57,714 bases of DNA from the NCBI GenBank assembly GCA_035299545.1, contig DATGWJ010000020.1:1-57714 (forward strand), in the 5' to 3' direction. Origin of the DNA: Minisyncoccota bacterium. Lineage in GTDB: Bacteria > Patescibacteriota > Minisyncoccia > Phycocordibacterales > UBA9973. The notes beneath the pieces are model-generated. The model was not told the DNA's origin. It saw only the letters and a program-made list of their open reading frames with translations, and ran no database searches. The first letter of the stretch is position 1. The number at the start of each line of letters is the position of its first letter. Below, one piece after another: positions 18,077 through 27,796 of the stretch. Both the position numbers and the translations under genes were made by a program.

Positions 18077-19066
18077 ATGTCACTATCAATCGGAATCGTA
18101 GGTTTGCCAAACGTTGGAAAATCAACGCTTTTCAATGCTCTTACAAAGAAAAGTGTACCAGCAGAAAATTATCCTTTTTGTACAATAGACCCATCTGTGG
18201 GCATTGTACCTGTTCCTGATGATCGCTTATGGAAACTTTCAGAATTGTCAAAATCAGCTAAAACAATTCCTGCTGTTATAGAATTCGTAGATATTGCGGG
18301 TCTTGTAAAAGGTGCTTCAAAAGGGGAGGGTCTTGGAAATAAATTCTTAACAAACATTCGTGAAGTTGATGCTATTGCGCACGTTGTACGCACATTTGAA
18401 GATAATTCTGTAATTCACGTAGAAAATAAAGTTAACCCTATGGATGATATTGGAGTTATTAATCTTGAGCTTGTGCTTTCTGACTTCGAAACAGTTTCAA
18501 AAAGAATTACAAATATTTCTAAAGAATTAAAAAAGCATGATAAAGATGCGATTACCGAAGAAGCAATTTTAAATAAATTAATGAAAGTATTTGAAGAGGG
18601 TAAAATGGCAACAGAAGCCAATCTGAGTGAGGAGGAAAAATTTAAAATAAAATCTTTAAATCTACTCACATTAAAACCAATGCTTTATGTTCTTAATACT
18701 TCGGAAGCAGGGGAGAATGTGGATGTGAAGTTGCCGGGAATTTCAGTGAAAGTTGACCCTGTTTTTGAAAAGGGATTTGATGAATTAATTAAAAAAAGTT
18801 ATGAATTACTAGGGCTAGAGACATATTTCACAACAGGAGAAGATGAGACAAGAGCTTGGACTATAAAAAGTGGAAGTACTGCACCTGTTGCTGGGATGGC
18901 TATTCATACAGATTTTAAAGATAAATTTATTCGTGCGGAGGTTGTATACTGGAAAGATTTAATTGATGCAGGTAGTTATGCGGAGGCACGGTCAAAAGGA
19001 AAAGTTAGGACAGAAGGGAAGGAATATATTGTGAAAGATGGGGATGTAGTAGAATTTAAAATTTAA
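18077..19066 (+). CDS. ychF: Redox-regulated ATPase YchF
   Basis: GIVGLPNVGKSTLFNALT, NYPFCTIDP, DIAGLVKGASKGEGLGNKFL, TGS-type C-terminus. Confidence 0.97.
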   Translation: MSLSIGIVGLPNVGKSTLFNALTKKSVPAENYPFCTIDPSVGIVPVPDDRLWKLSELSKSAKTIPAVIEFVDIAGLVKGASKGEGLGNKFLTNIREVDAIAHVVRTFEDNSVIHVENKVNPMDDIGVINLELVLSDFETVSKRITNISKELKKHDKDAITEEAILNKLMKVFEEGKMATEANLSEEEKFKIKSLNLLTLKPMLYVLNTSEAGENVDVKLPGISVKVDPVFEKGFDELIKKSYELLGLETYFTTGEDETRAWTIKSGSTAPVAGMAIHTDFKDKFIRAEVVYWKDLIDAGSYAEARSKGKVRTEGKEYIVKDGDVVEFKI

Positions 19067-19069
19067 AAG

Positions 19070-19177
19070 AAAACAGGGGGTATTCATAAAAATTTCTTCG
19101 CTTATCCCTACCGAATCCTGCCGGATTCGGCGCGCGCCCACACCTACTCAGAAATTTTCATGAATACCTCCTGTTTT
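19070..19177 (-). repeat. Dispersed hairpin element, copy 3 (inverted)
   Basis: 28-bp outer stem; minus-strand core GAGTAGGTGTGGGCGCGCG-CCGAATCC-GGCA-GGATTCGG-TAGGGATAAGCGAAG. Confidence 0.9.
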
Positions 19178-19186
19178 TAAGAAGCT

Positions 19187-19762
19187 ATGCAAAATAATTG
19201 GAAAAAAGCTGAAGAAGTTTTGAAAAAAGATGGGGTAGTGGTGCTACCTACAGATACTTTGTATGGGATAGTTGGCAAAGCTTTATCTAGGAAGACAATT
19301 GAAAGAATTTATGAAATAAAAGGAAGAGATAGGAGTAAGCCATTTATTGTTTTAATTTCTTCATATAAAGATTTAGAAATTTTTGGAGTAAAAATAACAA
19401 AAGAACAGGCCAAAATTTTGCCAAAATTTTGGCCTGGCAAAGTTACTATTATCTTACCTTGTTTATCAAAGAAATTTGAATATTTACACAGAGGTACAAA
19501 GTCTATTGCTTTTCGAATGATAGGTAAGAAAAATCATAGTCTTTCTACTTTGCTTAAAAAAGTTGGTCCACTCGTTGCACCTAGTGTAAATCCAGAAAAT
19601 CTAAAACACGCAGAAACAATAAAAGAAGCTAAAAATTACTTTGGAAACAAAATTGATATTTATCTAAATAGCGGACCAAAAATCGGCAAATCTTCAACTC
19701 TAGCCAAGTTTGAAAATGACAAATTAATTGTTTTACGTCAAGGGCAAGTTAAAGTAAAATAA
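19187..19762 (+). CDS. tsaC: L-threonylcarbamoyladenylate synthase (Sua5/YrdC)
   Basis: PTDTLYGI, IYEIKGRDRSKP, FWPG, APSVNP. Confidence 0.93.
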   Translation: MQNNWKKAEEVLKKDGVVVLPTDTLYGIVGKALSRKTIERIYEIKGRDRSKPFIVLISSYKDLEIFGVKITKEQAKILPKFWPGKVTIILPCLSKKFEYLHRGTKSIAFRMIGKKNHSLSTLLKKVGPLVAPSVNPENLKHAETIKEAKNYFGNKIDIYLNSGPKIGKSSTLAKFENDKLIVLRQGQVKVK

Positions 19763-19801
19763 TGTTCCTAAATAGCCATATTTTTGATACAATAGGGTAT
19801 T

Positions 19802-20830
19802 ATGGAAACAACAACACAAAAGCCATCATTGACTCCAAAGTTCTTCTTTGTGTCAATGGGCGTTATCGTCACTCTTATTACTAGCGTTTCTTCATTATTA
19901 GTTCTTCTATTTGAGACATTGGATCACAAATTCCCAGATGCTCTTAATTCTGTTTATCAATATGGCTATAATACCTATAATTTTGATAAAATTCGTGGGG
20001 CTTTAGCTACTATGATAATAGTTTTCCCAGTCTTTCTTTTATTATCTTTTGTATGGAGAAAAATATGCAAAGGTGATCTAGGTCGTGTGGATGCTATTAT
20101 TCGAAAATGGATGATATATCTAATTCTATTTTTGTCAGGAGTTGTTGTCGTTGTTGACTTGGTTACTTTAGTTAGATATTTTGTTTCTGGAGAGATTACC
20201 AATAGATTCATATTTAAAGTTATTGGCACAGCTGTTGTGGCGCTATTGGTTGGTTTTCATTACTATTTTGAGTTAAAAATTTTCAAATTAATAAATTGGA
20301 AGAAAAGATTTGGTTTAATTACAGGAGCTATTTCTGTATTATTAGTACTAGGAATGATTATCCTAAGTTTTATGGTTATGGGAAGTCCTTCTAAGCAAAG
20401 AGATTTGCGTTTTGATCAAAGACGAGTGGAAGATTTACAAAATATTCAATATCAAGTTATAAATTATTGGCAACAGAAAGAAAAATTACCATCAACTCTA
20501 GCAGAATTAGCTAATCCGATTTCTAGTTACTCTATTCCTGTTGACCCAGAATTTGAGAAGGGAAATAAATATGAATATACACCTAAAGATAAGCTTTCTT
20601 TTGAATTGTGTGCTACATTCGGTGAAGAAATGCAAAAAGGGTGGCAAGAATACGGTAATAGAGTTTATCCAGCATATGATGTAAGTTATTCAGAAAAAGC
20701 TACTTCTGTGGCATATCCATCATATGGGGGAGTGAATGAATCTTGGGACCATGGAGTAGGGCGTACATGTTTTACTCGCACAATTGACACAGATATATAT
20801 CCACCATTTGAAAAAAGAAGCATTAAATAA
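19802..20830 (+). CDS. Multi-TM membrane protein (DUF5671-like) with a C-terminal pilin-like globular domain
   Basis: About 5 TM helices, then R.D..R..DL..IQ...YWQQKEKLP..L..L...PVDP...YEY...FELCATF. Confidence 0.6.
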   Translation: METTTQKPSLTPKFFFVSMGVIVTLITSVSSLLVLLFETLDHKFPDALNSVYQYGYNTYNFDKIRGALATMIIVFPVFLLLSFVWRKICKGDLGRVDAIIRKWMIYLILFLSGVVVVVDLVTLVRYFVSGEITNRFIFKVIGTAVVALLVGFHYYFELKIFKLINWKKRFGLITGAISVLLVLGMIILSFMVMGSPSKQRDLRFDQRRVEDLQNIQYQVINYWQQKEKLPSTLAELANPISSYSIPVDPEFEKGNKYEYTPKDKLSFELCATFGEEMQKGWQEYGNRVYPAYDVSYSEKATSVAYPSYGGVNESWDHGVGRTCFTRTIDTDIYPPFEKRSIK

Positions 20831-20835
20831 ATTTT

Positions 20836-23679
20836 ATGAAATTTTATGACCATAAGAAAATAGAAAAAAAGTGGCAGAACGTTTGGGAGAAAAGTAAAAT
20901 ATATCAAACCCGAAAAGAAGCCAAAGGAAAAAAGTTCTATGGACTTATTGAATTTCCTTACCCATCAGGAGCGGGTCTTCATGTTGGTCATATACGCAGT
21001 AATACTGCTATGGATATTATCTCTCGCAAGCGTCGAATGGAGGGTTACAATGTGCTTTATCCTATTGGTTGGGATGCCTTTGGTTTACCTACAGAGAATT
21101 ATGCTATTAAGACAGGTATTCATCCAGAGAAAGTAACAAAAACAAATACAGACATATTTAGGAAGCAATTGAAATCCGTTGGTTTTGGTTTTGATTGGTC
21201 GCGAGAAATAGATACTTCTAATCCCTCATACTACAAGTGGACCCAATGGATATTCTTACAGATGTTCAAGAAAGGTCTAGCTTACAAGAAAAAAACAGAA
21301 ATAAACTGGTGTACAAAATGTAAAATTGGTCTAGCGAATGAAGAAGTTGTTGGAGGTGTTTGTGAGCGTTGCGGAGGAGCTGTCGTTAAGAAAGAGAAAG
21401 AACAATGGATGCTTGCTATCACAAAATATGCTGACCGATTAGATAAAGATTTGGATGATGTAGATTATCTTGAGAAAATAAAATTAGGTCAGAGGAATTG
21501 GATAGGTAAGTCAGAAGGAAGTGAGATAGATTTTAAAATAAAAAATTCTTCAGAGAAAATAAAAGTATTTACAACTCGGGCGGATACTATTTTCGGAGCG
21601 ACATATGTCGTGCTTGCGCCGGAGCATGAGCTTGTAGAAATTTTAAAATCAAAAATTGAGAATATAAAGGAAGTAGAAAAATACATAAAGGAAATTAAAA
21701 ATAAAACAGATATAGATAGAACAGCAGAAGATAAGGAAAAGACAGGTATTGAATTAAAAGGTATAAAAGCCATAAATCCCGCAAATAATGAAGAAATCCC
21801 TGTGTGGATTGCTGATTATGTGCTTGTGCAATATGGCACTGGGGCTGTAATGGCAGTGCCTGCTCACGATGAGCGAGATTGGGATTTTGCAAAAAAATAT
21901 AATTTACCTATAAAAGTTGTAATTGAACCATATTTTGTAAAAAAAGCTGGATCAGATGCAATAAGAGATAATGAACCTTTTATTGAAAGGAATGCAGTTG
22001 TCTGTGTAGTAAAGCATTGGCAAGAAGAAAAATATCTTTGTTTAAAATGGAAGAAAAATGATTGGCAGGGCTTTGTGGTTGGAGGGATAGAGGGGAATGA
22101 ATCTATTATTAGTGCTGGACAGAGAGAAGTTACTGAAGAGACTGGCTATAAAAATCTTAAATTTGTAAAAAAAATAACAGAAACTATTCACTCAAAGTTT
22201 TATCACGAGATAAAAAAACAAAATAGATTTGCTCACTTCGAAACTTTATATTTTGAATTGAAAAATGATGAAAGAGACGAGATAGCTGAAGAAGAAAAGA
22301 ATATTCATGAAGTTGTATGGGTTCCTAAAAACGATGTTTTAAGTTTTACTCTAAAAGACGAAGATATGAATTATATTTGGAAGCGTTTCATTAAAGAACA
22401 GCCATATATAGATGACGGAATAGTAGGGAATTCGGATAAATTTAATGGATTATCCTCTCTAGAAGCTCAAAAACAAATTACTAAATTTGTTGGAGGTAGA
22501 ATTGTTTCAAAATATAAGCTTCGTGATTGGGTTTTTTCAAGACAGCGTTACTGGGGTGAACCTATTCCAATAATTCATTGTGAGAAATGTGGATATGTAC
22601 CAGTCCCAGAGAAAGATCTTCCAGTTATGTTACCAAAGGTAAAGTCTTATACTCCTACAGACAATGGTGAATCACCACTTGCTGCTATTTCGAAGTGGGT
22701 AAATATTAAATGTCCAAAATGTAAAGGTTCTGCGAAAAGGGAGACAGACACAATGCCGAATTGGGCAGGAAGTTCTTGGTATTATCTACGATATGTTGAT
22801 CCTAATAACAAAAAAGAATTTGCTAGTAAGAAGAATTTAAAATATTGGACACCAGTGGATTGGTATAATGGAGGAATGGAGCACACAACTCTTCATTTAT
22901 TGTATTCTCGTTTTTGGCATAAGTTTTTATACGACTTAAGATTAGTCCCAACAAAGGAGCCATATCAGAAGCGTACTGCCCACGGAATGATTTCAGCAGA
23001 AGGTGGAGAGAAAATGTCTAAGTCGAAAGGGAATACTGTAGATCCAAAAGATATTGTAGAGACATATGGAGCAGATACTTTGCGTGTCTATGAAATGTTT
23101 ATTGGTCCGTTTGACCAGACAGTTGTCTGGAATACGAACAGTATAATTGGTTCTAGAAGATTCTTAGAGAGAGTATGGAAAATATCAGAAAAATTAACTG
23201 ACAATAAAAAGGGTAGTTCATTGATTATTGAACAATTGTTGCATAAAACAATCAAGAAAGTATCTTTGGATATTGAGTCAATGAATTTCAATACTGCTAT
23301 CTCATCAATGATGGTTCTCCTAAATGAAATGGAGAAAAATGAAATAAATAAAAAGGACTTCAAAATGTTCTTGCAAATTCTTTCTCCTTTTGCTCCGCAC
23401 ATCACAGAAGAAATTTGGAATAATTTAGGAGAGAATAAATCAATTCATATTTCTCCATGGCCTAAATGGAATGAAAGTAAAATAGTTGATGAAAAGGTTA
23501 AAATTGCTGTTCAGGTCAATGGTAGAGTACGTGCTGAGATAATGATTACTAAAGATATGACAGAAGAAAGTATTAAAGAAATGGCCTTAAAGGAGAAAAA
23601 TGTGATGACTTGGACAGAAGGCAAAGAAATTAAGAAAATCATATATGTTCCCAATAAAATTATAAACATAGTCGCCTAG
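20836..23679 (+). CDS. leuS: Leucyl-tRNA synthetase with inserted Nudix domain
   Basis: FPYPSGAGLHVGH, DWVFSRQRYWGEPIP, KMSKSKGN; Nudix box at 22081-22146. Confidence 0.97.
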   Translation: MKFYDHKKIEKKWQNVWEKSKIYQTRKEAKGKKFYGLIEFPYPSGAGLHVGHIRSNTAMDIISRKRRMEGYNVLYPIGWDAFGLPTENYAIKTGIHPEKVTKTNTDIFRKQLKSVGFGFDWSREIDTSNPSYYKWTQWIFLQMFKKGLAYKKKTEINWCTKCKIGLANEEVVGGVCERCGGAVVKKEKEQWMLAITKYADRLDKDLDDVDYLEKIKLGQRNWIGKSEGSEIDFKIKNSSEKIKVFTTRADTIFGATYVVLAPEHELVEILKSKIENIKEVEKYIKEIKNKTDIDRTAEDKEKTGIELKGIKAINPANNEEIPVWIADYVLVQYGTGAVMAVPAHDERDWDFAKKYNLPIKVVIEPYFVKKAGSDAIRDNEPFIERNAVVCVVKHWQEEKYLCLKWKKNDWQGFVVGGIEGNESIISAGQREVTEETGYKNLKFVKKITETIHSKFYHEIKKQNRFAHFETLYFELKNDERDEIAEEEKNIHEVVWVPKNDVLSFTLKDEDMNYIWKRFIKEQPYIDDGIVGNSDKFNGLSSLEAQKQITKFVGGRIVSKYKLRDWVFSRQRYWGEPIPIIHCEKCGYVPVPEKDLPVMLPKVKSYTPTDNGESPLAAISKWVNIKCPKCKGSAKRETDTMPNWAGSSWYYLRYVDPNNKKEFASKKNLKYWTPVDWYNGGMEHTTLHLLYSRFWHKFLYDLRLVPTKEPYQKRTAHGMISAEGGEKMSKSKGNTVDPKDIVETYGADTLRVYEMFIGPFDQTVVWNTNSIIGSRRFLERVWKISEKLTDNKKGSSLIIEQLLHKTIKKVSLDIESMNFNTAISSMMVLLNEMEKNEINKKDFKMFLQILSPFAPHITEEIWNNLGENKSIHISPWPKWNESKIVDEKVKIAVQVNGRVRAEIMITKDMTEESIKEMALKEKNVMTWTEGKEIKKIIYVPNKIINIVA

Positions 23680-23734
23680 TTTTATTTATTCTTATTAGGT
23701 ATAATAAGATTATTATTAACTTAATATATAAAAA

Positions 23735-26056
23735 ATGGAATCAAAAAAAGTAGAATTTTTTAATAAGTTATCATTCGCGTCTTTATTATTTACTATATTT
23801 ATAACCCCATTCTTCTTTTTACCCTATATTCCTATTACTCTTGAGGCAGGGAAAGGGTTCTTACTATCAATAGGGGTAACTTTATCTCTATTTTTCTGGC
23901 TCGTTTCAAGACTAGGCGATGGTAAATTTGTAATTCCTAAAGATAAGTTAATATTATTTGCAGGACTCATCCCTCTAGTTTTTTTGATTTCTTCTTTCTT
24001 CTCTTCGTCAATATATAATTCACTTTTTGGTAGTGGTTTTGAAACTGGTACATTCGGGTCAATGTTGATTTTGTTCATTATGCTATTTTTATCTTCTGTT
24101 CATTTCCAATCAGAGAAACGATTGTGGTATTTTATAAAATCTTTACTTGCTGGAGGATTAGTTCTATTTATATTTGAACTTTTAGGTCTATTAATTGATA
24201 CTAGAAGTATTCTTCCTGGGTTTTTCAAAGGTGTAGCATCTGGTAATTTAGTCGGTAGTTGGAATAATTTTGGATTATTAGTTGGGATAATTATCCTTAT
24301 TTCATTACTTACATTAGAATTAATAAAGACAAAAACAACTTTAAAAATAGTACAATACTTCTTAATTGTTGCAGGTATTCTCTTTCTTTTAATTCTTAAC
24401 ATTTCTTTGGTCTGGATACTTGTAGCATTATTTTCAGTAATTATACTTGTATATAGTATTTCTGTTCATCATTCTCAAAGTAAAGATAATCAAAATGAAA
24501 ATAGTAAGAAAGTATTTCCATTTGCTTCATTAATTATAATTTTTATTGCGTTTATATCTTTAATTGGTAATAATTTAATTTCTGGCATTGTTTCTGATTT
24601 TGTAACCATAAATAATCCTGATGTTCGTCCGTCGATTGTAACAACATCACAAATTGCATTTAAATCATTTAAACATAATCCTTTCTTTGGGACGGGTCCT
24701 AATACGTTTATGATGGACTGGAATCTTTGGCAACCTAAAGATATAGCACAAACTGTTTTCTGGAATGTAGATTTTGCTAATGGGTATAGTATGTTACTTA
24801 CATTTGCTGTGACGACTGGATTAGTAGGGTTAATTATATTACTGTTGTTTCTAGTTGTATACGTAGCAAGGAGTATACAGTCTATACGGATTGCTTTGCG
24901 TAGTGGTACTTTGAATTATTTTATAATAGCTACTTTAATGATTTCACTCTATTCTTGGATTTCTGTAGTTCTTTATAATCCAAACATTATAATGTTAATG
25001 CTAGCTTTCTCTTCAAGTGGAGTATTAATAGGAGTATTAGTTTATAAACAGGCAATTCCAGTCAAGGTTTTCTCTTTCTTATCCGATCCACGTAGTAGCT
25101 TCTTCTCTTTGTTAGGTTTAGTCGTTTTACTTGTATCCACAGCTACGTTATCTTATATCTATATTGAAAAATTCACTTCAATTATTTATTTCTCAAAAGG
25201 AATGGTTACAGATAATACTGCAGAATCACTAACAAAATCAGAAAGAATGTTACAGAAAGCATTGTCATTAGATAAGAATGATGTTTATTATCGTGCTTTA
25301 TCACAGTTATATTTGAGTCAGGTTGGATTTTTGATTAATGATAAAACACTTTCCCCAGAGGTATTAAAATCAACTGTTCAGCAAGTTATCAATAGTGCTC
25401 AAGAACAAGCGGGGTTAGCTGTCATGCGTAATCCAAAATTATATACTAACTATGTTAATTTGGGGAATATTTATGGTACTCTAGTTCCTCTCGCCGTCTC
25501 TAATAGCTATGAGAGTGCGATAGCGTCTTATGACAAAGCATTGACACTTGCTCCTAATAATCCGTCTATAGTTTTAGCAAAAGCTTCTCTGGAAATTTCA
25601 AATAAAAATAAAGATAAAGCAAAAGAATATATTAATCAAGCGCTCACAATAAAGCCAAATTATACGGATGCTATTTTCCTTCTAGTTCAAATAGAAACAG
25701 ATGATGGTAATTTGTCTGAAGCTCTTAAATATGCGGAATATGGAGGAGAGGTAGCTCCAAACGATCCAACAGTTTTCTTTAGAATAGGGTTATTACGTTA
25801 TAATAGTAATGATTATAGTGGGGCAGTTTCTGCATTAGAGAAAGCTGTTATTTTGGATAGTAACTATTTAGATGCTCGTTATTTGCTAGGTCAGTCTTAT
25901 AAGAAAGTAGGGCGTAAAAATGATGCATTGATTCAATTTAATATTCTTAATAAAATTCTTCCTCAGAATGAAGATGTTAAAAAAGCAATCGGGCAAATAA
26001 ATGAAACTGTTCCAGAAGGCGATCAACTAAAAACACCATTACAAAACAAAAATTAA
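23735..26056 (+). CDS. Polytopic membrane protein (O-antigen ligase/Wzy_C-like) with C-terminal TPRs
   Basis: About 12 TM helices, PFFGTGPNTF motif, repeated YTNLG/A...P TPR patterns. Confidence 0.7.
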   Translation: MESKKVEFFNKLSFASLLFTIFITPFFFLPYIPITLEAGKGFLLSIGVTLSLFFWLVSRLGDGKFVIPKDKLILFAGLIPLVFLISSFFSSSIYNSLFGSGFETGTFGSMLILFIMLFLSSVHFQSEKRLWYFIKSLLAGGLVLFIFELLGLLIDTRSILPGFFKGVASGNLVGSWNNFGLLVGIIILISLLTLELIKTKTTLKIVQYFLIVAGILFLLILNISLVWILVALFSVIILVYSISVHHSQSKDNQNENSKKVFPFASLIIIFIAFISLIGNNLISGIVSDFVTINNPDVRPSIVTTSQIAFKSFKHNPFFGTGPNTFMMDWNLWQPKDIAQTVFWNVDFANGYSMLLTFAVTTGLVGLIILLLFLVVYVARSIQSIRIALRSGTLNYFIIATLMISLYSWISVVLYNPNIIMLMLAFSSSGVLIGVLVYKQAIPVKVFSFLSDPRSSFFSLLGLVVLLVSTATLSYIYIEKFTSIIYFSKGMVTDNTAESLTKSERMLQKALSLDKNDVYYRALSQLYLSQVGFLINDKTLSPEVLKSTVQQVINSAQEQAGLAVMRNPKLYTNYVNLGNIYGTLVPLAVSNSYESAIASYDKALTLAPNNPSIVLAKASLEISNKNKDKAKEYINQALTIKPNYTDAIFLLVQIETDDGNLSEALKYAEYGGEVAPNDPTVFFRIGLLRYNSNDYSGAVSALEKAVILDSNYLDARYLLGQSYKKVGRKNDALIQFNILNKILPQNEDVKKAIGQINETVPEGDQLKTPLQNKN

Positions 26057-26071
26057 TTTTTTAAATTTTTA

Positions 26072-27760
26072 ATGGTTAATCGTATCATCACATTCCTTAA
26101 TAAAGAATTCCGTGGAGTAAACGAAGCTGCCTTACTACTTGGCGGCTTTGCTTTTTTGTCTCAAATTTTGGGCCTTATTAGAGATAGAACTTTGGCTCAT
26201 GTTGTAGGTGTAGGTCCAGTTCTTGATATTTATTATGCTGCATTTAGAATTCCTGATTTTCTCTACTTATCCATAGCTTCTCTTGCTTCTATTACAGTAT
26301 TAATGCCTTTCTTGGTGGATAAAATAAGTAATGATAATAATGCAACTCTCAAAGCTCGTACTTTTATGAGTAACATTTTCAGTGCTTATCTTATCTTTAT
26401 GTTAATTGCTAGTCTTATTATTGCAATGTTAATGCCAAAGATTTTATCTTATTTAGCTCCTGGTTTTAACGACCATCAACTTACCTTACTGATTACAACT
26501 AGTCGCATAATGTTACTCTCTCCTATACTCATCGGTTTATCTAATTTAATTGGTACTGTTACTCAATTATTTAGGAATTTCCTTATTTTCTCCTTATCTC
26601 CAGTTTTTTATAATGTTGGTATCCTTATAGGTGTTATATTTATTTATCCTAAGTTTGGAGTTTATGGTTTAAGTATCGGGGTCATTATAGGTGCATTTAT
26701 GCATTTCATAATCCAAGTTCCAATTGTTGTAAAGCATAATTTATTCCCTAAATTTACATTTAAAATAAATTGGCACGAAATATTAAATATTGTGAAATTA
26801 TCTGCCCCTAGAACTCTTGCTCTTTCTTGTAATAGTTTAGCTTTCATCTTTTTGATTGCTATGGCTTCGACTCTAAAATCTGGATCAATATCTTTGTTTA
26901 CTTTCGCATACAATCTGCAATCTGTTCCTGTCGGTATAATAGGCATATCTTACTCTGTTGCTGCATTTCCAATTTTAGTGAAATCCTTTTCAATGAAAGA
27001 TATGGATAATTTCTTAGAACAGATAAATTTTGCAGCTCGTCAAATTATATTCTGGTCTCTTCCTCTAATCTCACTCTTTATCGTTCTTCGAGCCCAGATA
27101 GTTCGAGTTATTTTAGGTTCTACTTCTTTCTCTTGGTTTGATACTAGACTTACAGCTGCTTCCATTGCACTTTTTGTTGTATCTTTAGTTTCCCAAGGGC
27201 TAGTACTTTTATTTGTACGAGGATACTATGCTTCAGGTAATACAAAAAAGCCACTTATAATAAATGTATTTTCTTCAGTAATGGTAATTGTCTTTGCAAA
27301 ATTACTAATCTATGTTTTCCAGAACTACCCACAAGTACTTAATCAGATAGAAGTAATATTGAGAGTAAAAGATGTTCCTGGCACTATAATGCTCGCACTC
27401 CCACTTGCGTATGCGATGGGTTCAATTCTTAATTTTGTTCTAATATGGATTCTATTTAAAAAAGATTTCTTCTACGATAAGAAAACTAATCTATCCTCAA
27501 TCTTTTTAGAAAGTGCAGTAGGGGCTGTCTCTATGGGGTTAGTGTCGTATATATCACTCGGATTGTTTGATAATGTTTTTGATATAAATACAGGAGTAGG
27601 AATTTTCCTTCAAGGATTTTTGTCTGGAATTATAGGAATTGTCGTCGGAATAGGGGTTTTGATTATAATAAAGAACAAGGAATTGATGGATGTCTTTAAT
27701 GCTCTTAAGAATAAATTCTGGAGAAACAGAGTTGTCGTTCCAGAGCAGACAGATCTTTAA
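26072..27760 (+). CDS. murJ: Lipid II flippase MurJ (MviN)
   Basis: LGLIRDR, DIYYAAFRIPD, SPVFYNVGI, RAQIVRVIL, RGYYA.GNTKKP. Confidence 0.93.
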   Translation: MVNRIITFLNKEFRGVNEAALLLGGFAFLSQILGLIRDRTLAHVVGVGPVLDIYYAAFRIPDFLYLSIASLASITVLMPFLVDKISNDNNATLKARTFMSNIFSAYLIFMLIASLIIAMLMPKILSYLAPGFNDHQLTLLITTSRIMLLSPILIGLSNLIGTVTQLFRNFLIFSLSPVFYNVGILIGVIFIYPKFGVYGLSIGVIIGAFMHFIIQVPIVVKHNLFPKFTFKINWHEILNIVKLSAPRTLALSCNSLAFIFLIAMASTLKSGSISLFTFAYNLQSVPVGIIGISYSVAAFPILVKSFSMKDMDNFLEQINFAARQIIFWSLPLISLFIVLRAQIVRVILGSTSFSWFDTRLTAASIALFVVSLVSQGLVLLFVRGYYASGNTKKPLIINVFSSVMVIVFAKLLIYVFQNYPQVLNQIEVILRVKDVPGTIMLALPLAYAMGSILNFVLIWILFKKDFFYDKKTNLSSIFLESAVGAVSMGLVSYISLGLFDNVFDINTGVGIFLQGFLSGIIGIVVGIGVLIIIKNKELMDVFNALKNKFWRNRVVVPEQTDL

Positions 27761-27796
27761 CTTTCGTTTTTCGATTCTTTTTGCTAGTATAGGTGA

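Noticed and set aside
18690-18790. YchF appears ~30 aa shorter than usual after the G4-like motif
   Set aside because: The frame is intact and all catalytic motifs are present; it is most simply lineage-level streamlining, and I cannot quantify it without an alignment.
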